Shown one piece after another: positions 36,832 to 42,840 of a stretch of 42,840 nucleotides of DNA (position 1 is the first letter of the stretch; each line of letters opens with the position of its first letter). Source of the stretch: an uncultured Gemmatimonas sp. GTDB taxonomy: Bacteria; Gemmatimonadota; Gemmatimonadetes; Gemmatimonadales; Gemmatimonadaceae. Both the position numbers and the translations under genes were made by a program. The DNA is taken from the NCBI GenBank assembly GCA_964577455.1, contig CAZNZG010000004.1, positions 1 through 42,840 of the forward strand, written 5' to 3'. The notes beneath the pieces were generated by a model that saw nothing but the letters and a program-made list of their open reading frames with translations, did not search any database and was not told where the DNA came from.

Positions 36832-39630
36832 TCAGCCGCTGTTGCGGAGCCCCGCCGCAATCCCGTTGATGGTGATGTGAATGCCGCGCCGGACGAATTC
36901 GTCCGGCGCGGCGCCGTTTGCGAGCGTGTCGCGGTGGCGCTGCAGCAGGGCGATCTGCAGATGATTGAGCGGATCCATGTAGGGAAAGCGATTCGCGATC
37001 GACCGTGCGAGCAGGGGATTGTCCGCGAGCAGCGTCGGTTCATCCGTGATCTGCCGCAGCGCGGCGCGCGTGCGCTGCCACTCGTCCTCGATGCGCGCGA
37101 AGATCGTCGATCGCAGGGTGGCATCGGTGACCAGCTCGGCGTACCGCGAGGCCACACGCAGATCGCTCTTGGCCAGCACCATGTCCACGTTCGACAGCAG
37201 TGTGCGGAAGAAGGGCCACGAGGCGGCCATACGCTGCAGCACCGGCAGCCCGTCCGGCGTTTCGGCCAACCATTGCTGAACCGCCGAGCCGAAGCCGTAC
37301 CATCCCGGAAGCATGCACCGGCACTGCGCCCACGCGAACACCCACGGGATGGCGCGCAGATCCTCGATGCGGTCGCTCGGTTTCCGACTGGCCGGACGGC
37401 TGCCGATGTTGAGCGTGGCGATCTCCGCCAGCGGTGTGCTTTCGCGGAAGTACTGCGTGAACCCCGGCGTCTCGTACACGAGGGCGCGATACGCGCGAAA
37501 GGCCAGCGCCGACAGGCGATCCATCACGGGGTGGAAGGTCACCGCGCGATCGGCCTGATTCTCATGGTCGGTCAGCGTGGCTTCGAGCGTGGCGGCCACC
37601 AGAAGTTCGAGGTTGCGCCGTCCCACATCGGGCGTGGCGTACTTCGATGCGATCACTTCCCCCTGCTCGGTGAGTCGCAGCTGCCCCGTCACCGCCCCCG
37701 ATGGCTGTGCGAGAATGGCATCGTAGCTCGGGCCGCCACCACGCCCCACGCTGCCACCACGCCCGTGGAAGAAGCGCAGCGATACACCGGCCGCGCCGAA
37801 CACGTGCATCAGCTGCAACTCGGCCTTGTACAACTCCCAGCCGCTGGTGAGGAAGCCACCGTCCTTGTTGCTGTCGGAGTAGCCAAGCATCACCTCCTGC
37901 AGATCACCACGGGACCGCACGAGAGCGCGATAGACGGGCAGCGCAAACGCCGCCTGCATGGTGTCGCCTGCCCGTCGCAGATCCGCGATCGTTTCGAAGA
38001 GCGGGATGATGTGGAGCGCCACCGACGGCGTCGGTCCACCGGTGGCAAGGCCCGCCTCTTTGAGCAGGAGTGCCACCTCCAGCAGATCCGATACGCCGTC
38101 ACACTTGGAAATGATGTAGTGCGGCAGGGCGGCAGCTCCGTAGCGCGCACGCAGGGCCTGCGCCGCGAACACGATATCGAGCTCACCGTGCACGTCGTCG
38201 CTGTAGGGAAGATGCGGCGAATACAATGGCCTCGTCCCTTCGAGCTCCGCCCGCAGTACGCGGATGCGCTCCGCCTCGGCGAGCGATGCATATGACGCAC
38301 AGACGCCGGCCCGGGCCAGCAGCTCCGCCACCACCCGCTCGTGCACATCGGCGTTCTGTCGCAGATCGAGCGGTGCCAGGTGAAACCCGAACACCCGAAC
38401 GGCCGTGATGAGCCGCTGGAGACGGCCATCGGCCAGCAACGCCAGCCCGGTCTGCACCAGTGAGTCACGGATCACGTCGAGCTCGGCGCACAGGGCGTCG
38501 GCATTCGCATAGGCCGGCGCGTCACCGAGGGCGGCACGCGTGGGGAGCGGCAGTTCGAGCTCGCGCATGGTGGCCACGAGGCGCGCATAGATCCCGCTCA
38601 GCGCCCGCCGGTACGGTTCGTCGTGGCGCTGCACCGAGCGATCCGGTGACGCCTCCACCAGCGCCTCGAGTGCCGGCGTGACCGGGTGCAGGACGCGCGA
38701 TACGGAGAGCGAGCGCCCAAGGGCATGCACCTCTTCGAGGTAGAAATCGAACGCGGCAGCGGACTGCAAACGCAGGGTTTCGCGCAGGATCTCCGCCGTG
38801 ACGAACGGATTGCCATCGCGATCGCCGCCGATCCAGCTGCCGATGCGCAGGAAGGTCCCCATCTCCCACGCACCCTCAGGGTACCGTTCGCGCAGCAGGC
38901 TCTGCGTGTTCGCGTAGAGACGCGGCACTTCGGTGAAGAACGTGCTGCGAAAATAGCCGATGCCGTTCTTCACTTCGTCGATCACCCGCAGGCGCTCGCC
39001 GCGGACCAGACGCGTGTGCCACAAGGTGAGCACATGCCGCTGCAGCGCCGTTTCGGTCTCCTCGACCTCCGCCGGCGTGAGCGTCACGCGGTCGCGTCGC
39101 TCCAGCAGATCGGCGATGCGCTGCATGGCGACCTGCGTGCTCTGGCGCTGTACTTCCGTGGGGTGGGCCGTGAGCACCGGCGAGACGAGCGCCTCGGTGA
39201 AGAACTGCGCCAGGCGGGCGCGGGCCACCTCGTCGTCACCGATGGCGTGACGTACCGCGTCGATCGCGAAGGCGAGCGTTCCTTCGCGCGCTGGCGAGCG
39301 CATCACCTCGTGCGCGCGCCGGCGGCGGGCGCGGTGCGTGTCCTCGGCGATGTTGGCGAGCTGCAGAAAGTAGGCGAACGCCCGTACGACACACAGGGCG
39401 GTGTCGGGCGGCAGCGCATCGAGCAGGTCGTGCAGGACCGCCCGATCCTCGTCACGCCCCTCGCGGGCGAAGCGGATCGCGGCCTGACGCGTGCGTTCCA
39501 CGAGCTCGAACACGGCCACCCCTTCCTGGTCGCGCACGGCATCGCCAAGCAATCGCCCCAGCAGACGGATATCATCACGAAGTGGGCGGTCCTTCTCGTC
39601 GCGGGCCACGGGCGGGTCGAGATCGGTCAT
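36832..39630 (-). CDS. ppc: Phosphoenolpyruvate carboxylase
   Basis: VLTAHPTE, SWIGGDRDGNP, QEVMLGYSDSNKDGG, FHGRGGSVGRGGGP, LRAIPW, GLRNSG. Confidence 0.98.
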   Translation of the reverse strand: MTDLDPPVARDEKDRPLRDDIRLLGRLLGDAVRDQEGVAVFELVERTRQAAIRFAREGRDEDRAVLHDLLDALPPDTALCVVRAFAYFLQLANIAEDTHRARRRRAHEVMRSPAREGTLAFAIDAVRHAIGDDEVARARLAQFFTEALVSPVLTAHPTEVQRQSTQVAMQRIADLLERRDRVTLTPAEVEETETALQRHVLTLWHTRLVRGERLRVIDEVKNGIGYFRSTFFTEVPRLYANTQSLLRERYPEGAWEMGTFLRIGSWIGGDRDGNPFVTAEILRETLRLQSAAAFDFYLEEVHALGRSLSVSRVLHPVTPALEALVEASPDRSVQRHDEPYRRALSGIYARLVATMRELELPLPTRAALGDAPAYANADALCAELDVIRDSLVQTGLALLADGRLQRLITAVRVFGFHLAPLDLRQNADVHERVVAELLARAGVCASYASLAEAERIRVLRAELEGTRPLYSPHLPYSDDVHGELDIVFAAQALRARYGAAALPHYIISKCDGVSDLLEVALLLKEAGLATGGPTPSVALHIIPLFETIADLRRAGDTMQAAFALPVYRALVRSRGDLQEVMLGYSDSNKDGGFLTSGWELYKAELQLMHVFGAAGVSLRFFHGRGGSVGRGGGPSYDAILAQPSGAVTGQLRLTEQGEVIASKYATPDVGRRNLELLVAATLEATLTDHENQADRAVTFHPVMDRLSALAFRAYRALVYETPGFTQYFRESTPLAEIATLNIGSRPASRKPSDRIEDLRAIPWVFAWAQCRCMLPGWYGFGSAVQQWLAETPDGLPVLQRMAASWPFFRTLLSNVDMVLAKSDLRVASRYAELVTDATLRSTIFARIEDEWQRTRAALRQITDEPTLLADNPLLARSIANRFPYMDPLNHLQIALLQRHRDTLANGAAPDEFVRRGIHITINGIAAGLRNSG

Positions 39631-39679
39631 GGTGGCATTCTAGCGAAACGCTCGCCTTCCTGTCGTCGTATTGTTGAGC
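39631..39679. promoter_or_regulatory. Back-to-back leaderless promoters for ppc and the DUF1707 gene
   Basis: Minus strand TAGAAT (39642-39637) 6 nt before the ppc ATG; plus strand TATTGT (39669-39674) 5 nt before ATG 39680. Confidence 0.6.
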
Positions 39680-40327
39680 ATGGTCCATTCCGTCCCGCCG
39701 GCGCCGATCGCCGACATCCACCGTGACCGTGTGGTGAAGCTGCTTTCCGAAGCCTTCGCCAACGATCGTCTGCCCGTAGACGAACTCGACCGGCGACTCG
39801 CGCTGGTCTACCGGGCGCAGTCCGTGCACGAGCTCGAGGTGCTGCTCGATGATCCGACATACCCCGGGGTGTCGCTGGCGGAGTACCAGCGTGTCGTGAC
39901 CGCGGAGGCGGCCGTCCCCGAACGCGGCGTGGCGGCCGCCATCATGGGCGCCTTCGACGCCAAGGGGGGCTGGCTGGTCCCGCGCGAGCTCAAGGTGTGG
40001 GCCGTCGCCGGTGGCGGCGAACTCGATCTGCGCGAGGCGCGCTTCGCCCCCGGGATCACGCGGATCGACGTGGTTGCCTTCATGGGCGGCGTGGACCTGC
40101 AACTGCCGCCGGGGGTGCGTGTGGAGATTACCGGGGCGGGTTTCCTGGGGGGCTTCTCCCACGAATCCGGCGAACCGGTGGAGGATCCCCATGCCCCCGT
40201 GGTACGGGTCAGCGGCCTGGCCTTCATGGGGGGGGTCGACGTGAAGTCGCTCCCCCGTGAGCGCAAGCATGAACGACGCTATGTGGAAGCGCTCGAACGT
40301 GCCGAGGAGTTGAAGCGGCGGCGGTGA
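39680..40327 (+). CDS. DUF1707 (SHOCT-like) plus LiaF/DUF2154-like C-terminal domain protein
   Basis: RDRVV..LSEAFA..RL..ELDRRL; ELDLREA, AFMGGVD repeats. Confidence 0.82.
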   Translation: MVHSVPPAPIADIHRDRVVKLLSEAFANDRLPVDELDRRLALVYRAQSVHELEVLLDDPTYPGVSLAEYQRVVTAEAAVPERGVAAAIMGAFDAKGGWLVPRELKVWAVAGGGELDLREARFAPGITRIDVVAFMGGVDLQLPPGVRVEITGAGFLGGFSHESGEPVEDPHAPVVRVSGLAFMGGVDVKSLPRERKHERRYVEALERAEELKRRR

Positions 40328-40350
40328 ACGCGGCGGCACCGCACCACGGG

Positions 40351-41424
40351 TTACGGCGTGCGACCGAGCCCTTGTACCACCACATCGGGGAAGTCGCCGA
40401 AGATGCCGTCCACCCCGAGTCGCTGCATCTCGCGCACCTCGGCCAGCGGATCACCACCGTATCGCTTCGCGAGAAACACCGGCTCGGAGCGTAGGGTCCA
40501 CACGTGCACCTGCAGGCCGGCGGCGTGGGCGTCGCGCACGAGCGTGGTGGGAGTTGCCGACGAATCGGGGCCCACGAGCATGCGCTGATGCACGCCGATC
40601 CCGTTCGCGAAGGTGGCGATGTCGCGCAGCCTGTCCGGTGAAAGGGTGCCCGCACCGATCAGATAGATCAGCGGCACGCGCGTCTGCGAACGCAACGCCC
40701 GCAGGTTCCCGTCCTCGAAGCTCTGGATGAACACCGGGGCGTCGGGGCGATCGAGGCCGCGGGCCGTGAGCGCCCGCAGCAACGCCGGCTCTAGGGGGAG
40801 GCCGATGCTGCGGAAATAGGTCGGATGCTTCGTCTCCGGATACACCCCCACCACGCGCCCCCGGGCGCGCCCCAGGGAATCGGCGAGCGAAAGGACCTCG
40901 TCGAACGTGGGCACAGGGTACTGCCCATCGTAGCTGTGCGAGCGGAACGGCAGGCGCTCCTTCGCCCGCAACGTGCGCAACTCCGCGAGGGTGAAGTCCT
41001 CGGTAAACCATCCCGTGATGGTGTCCCCGTCGATCGTCTTGCGGCGGCGGCGATCGGGAAAACGCTCGGCCACGTCGGTGGTCCCGCCGATCTCGTTTTC
41101 GTGCCGTGCCACCAACACCCCGTCCTTGGTACTCACGAGGTCCGGCTCGATGTAGTCGGCACCCATCTGCACGGCCAGCGTGTACGCGGCCAGCGTGTGC
41201 TCCGGGCGATGGCCGCTGGCGCCGCGATGCGCGATCACGATGGGTCGGGCCGATGGCGCGACGGTGCTCCCGGCGACGGGACGGCCGGTGTGGCGGCAGG
41301 CGGAGAACAGCGATGCGGCGGTCAGGATCGTGAGCGCCGTGAAGCGCAGCGGAGCCTTCCGGACTGGCGGCCGCGACGGTGGCGCCGGAGCCGCGGGGAG
41401 AGCGATCGGGAGAAAGCGTGCCAT
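40351..41424 (-). CDS. glpQ: Glycerophosphodiester phosphodiesterase (GlpQ-like), probable lipoprotein
   Basis: IAHRGASG..PEHT, IEPDLV.TKDG, ETKHP, IQSFE, VHVWT, GIFGDFP; lipobox FSAC. Confidence 0.92.
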   Translation of the reverse strand: MARFLPIALPAAPAPPSRPPVRKAPLRFTALTILTAASLFSACRHTGRPVAGSTVAPSARPIVIAHRGASGHRPEHTLAAYTLAVQMGADYIEPDLVSTKDGVLVARHENEIGGTTDVAERFPDRRRRKTIDGDTITGWFTEDFTLAELRTLRAKERLPFRSHSYDGQYPVPTFDEVLSLADSLGRARGRVVGVYPETKHPTYFRSIGLPLEPALLRALTARGLDRPDAPVFIQSFEDGNLRALRSQTRVPLIYLIGAGTLSPDRLRDIATFANGIGVHQRMLVGPDSSATPTTLVRDAHAAGLQVHVWTLRSEPVFLAKRYGGDPLAEVREMQRLGVDGIFGDFPDVVVQGLGRTP

Positions 41425-41497
41425 GCGCTGATGCTAACACCGCGCGCGCGGGACAGCCGGCACCCCGTGTATAGCCAAGCCCACGGAGGTGTAACGG

Positions 41498-41526
41498 TTG
41501 ACGTGGCACACGGCAGGTCACAGCAT
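41498..41526 (+). promoter_or_regulatory. Sigma70-type promoter for the ankyrin gene (leaderless)
   Basis: TTGACG-N17-CAGCAT-N6-ATG. Confidence 0.55.
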
Positions 41527-41532
41527 ACGGCC

Positions 41533-42213
41533 ATGGTACCCACGGCACCCGAACCGCTCATCACCGCCATCCGAGGCCACGACCGCCTCGCGATCGAACG
41601 GCTGCTGGCAGAGGATCCGGCCCGAGCCGGTATGCGAGGCCCGGGGGGTGAATCGCTCGTGCTTTTCGCCTGTTACGTGGGCGCCCCCGACCTGTCGCCG
41701 GCATTCCTGCGCGGCCGTGCGCTCGACGCCTGTGAGGCAGCCGCCCTCGGGGATGTGCCGGCACTGCGGGCCGCTATCGAGAACGACGACGATGCCCGTG
41801 TGCGTCGCAGCAGCGATGGCTGGACACCGCTGCACCTCGCCTGCTTCTTCGGCCGCGACGATGCCGTGGCGCTGCTCATCGACCATGGCGCCCCGCTCGA
41901 TGCGCACTCCACCAACGCCACGCGCAACACCCCGATCCATGCGGCGCTCGCGGGCGCGACCAAGGCGAGTGTCGTGCGCCGGCTGGTATTCGCCGGCGCC
42001 GATGTAGAGGCGCGGGGTGCGCAGAACATCACACCGCTGCACCTTGCCGCCTCCCGCGGTGATGGTGCCCTCTGCGACCTCCTGATCAGCCGCGGTGCCG
42101 ACCCCCACGCCCTCATGGAGGACGGCACCACCCCCGCCATGCTCGCCACGGCGAGAGGCTTCCCGGAGCTCGGCGCCAAACTGGCCAACGCCGTACAACT
42201 CGAGAACTCCTAG
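41533..42213 (+). CDS. Ankyrin repeat protein
   Basis: DGWTPLHLAC, NTPIHAA, ITPLHLAA and GTTPAMLA repeats; start moved to ATG 41533. Confidence 0.9.
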   Translation: MVPTAPEPLITAIRGHDRLAIERLLAEDPARAGMRGPGGESLVLFACYVGAPDLSPAFLRGRALDACEAAALGDVPALRAAIENDDDARVRRSSDGWTPLHLACFFGRDDAVALLIDHGAPLDAHSTNATRNTPIHAALAGATKASVVRRLVFAGADVEARGAQNITPLHLAASRGDGALCDLLISRGADPHALMEDGTTPAMLATARGFPELGAKLANAVQLENS

Positions 42214-42221
42214 CGATCCCG

Positions 42222-42840
42222 CTAGTGCGCCGCCACCAGACCGGCCGGTGGCACCATGGCGGGGGACGCGGCCACCGCGCCCTTCGGCGCCAGCAGTTTA
42301 TACATCACGGGAGTCACGAGGCGCGCGATGAGCGTACTGCTCACCAGCCCGCCGATGATGACCCAGGCCAACGGGGAGTAGAGCCCCGATCCCTGGATGG
42401 CCAGAGGAAGCATGCCGCCGATCGCGGTGATGGTCGTCAGAACGATCGGGAGAAAGCGCACCTCGCCGGCGCGCTGGATCGCGGCATCGAGCGGCACCCC
42501 CTCGGCACGCAGCTGATCGGTGAAATCCACCAGCAGAATGCTGGTCTTGATCTCGATCCCCACCAGTGCCACGAAACCGATCATGGCCGTGAAGCTCAGC
42601 GTATGGCCACTCAGCAGCAGGGCCACGATGCCGCCCACCACGCCCAGCGGAATCACGCTCGCCACCACGAGCGTGGTGCGGAAATCGCGGAACTCCAGAA
42701 CGAGAATGGCGAGAATCGCGAAGACGGCCACCACGACCGCACCACCGATACCGCCAAAGCTCTCCTGACGACTCTCGATCTCCCCGGCCGGTACGAGCGC
42801 ATACCCCACCGGCAGCGGAATCTCCTCGAGCTTCGCAATG
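42222..42840 (-). CDS. RND efflux transporter permease, C-terminal part (runs off the window)
   Basis: IPLGVVG, IGFVALVGI, ILLVDF, RFLPIVLTT, VIIGGL.SST. Confidence 0.93.
   Translation of the reverse strand, partial: IAKLEEIPLPVGYALVPAGEIESRQESFGGIGGAVVVAVFAILAILVLEFRDFRTTLVVASVIPLGVVGGIVALLLSGHTLSFTAMIGFVALVGIEIKTSILLVDFTDQLRAEGVPLDAAIQRAGEVRFLPIVLTTITAIGGMLPLAIQGSGLYSPLAWVIIGGLVSSTLIARLVTPVMYKLLAPKGAVAASPAMVPPAGLVAAH

Noticed and set aside
40825-41532. N-terminal extension giving a 462-aa ankyrin ORF
   Set aside because: Overlaps glpQ on the opposite strand; a promoter-like sequence sits just before ATG 41533.

Overview
High-GC bacterial chromosomal window with about 42 densely packed CDSs. 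Gene style suggests Gemmatimonadota (inference only). No rRNA, tRNA, CRISPR, integrase or transposase was recognised. Housekeeping and metabolic genes (ilvE, fhs, yigZ, rhlE, ppc, acyl-ACP desaturase, GDPD, SDR, ABC and RND transporters) surround a Tad/Flp (type IVc) pilus locus at 15971-28158. That locus has two tandem 57-aa Flp pilins missing from the ORF track, then cpaA, tadE, cpaB, cpaC, tadZ, tadA, tadB, tadC and tadG. It carries two non-canonical additions: a membrane-anchored Hanks-type pseudokinase as the last gene of the run, and a GT-C-like polytopic membrane protein transcribed divergently from the pilins. This augmented Tad locus is the best candidate for an undescribed system. 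Other notable items are an intact receptor Ser/Thr kinase beside a large ZU5/Ig-like lipoprotein, an orphan lipoprotein pair with a CFGSCP motif, a Tat-signal aldo-keto reductase with His replaced by Trp, and repeated leaderless (-10 box, 5-6 nt, ATG) gene starts.
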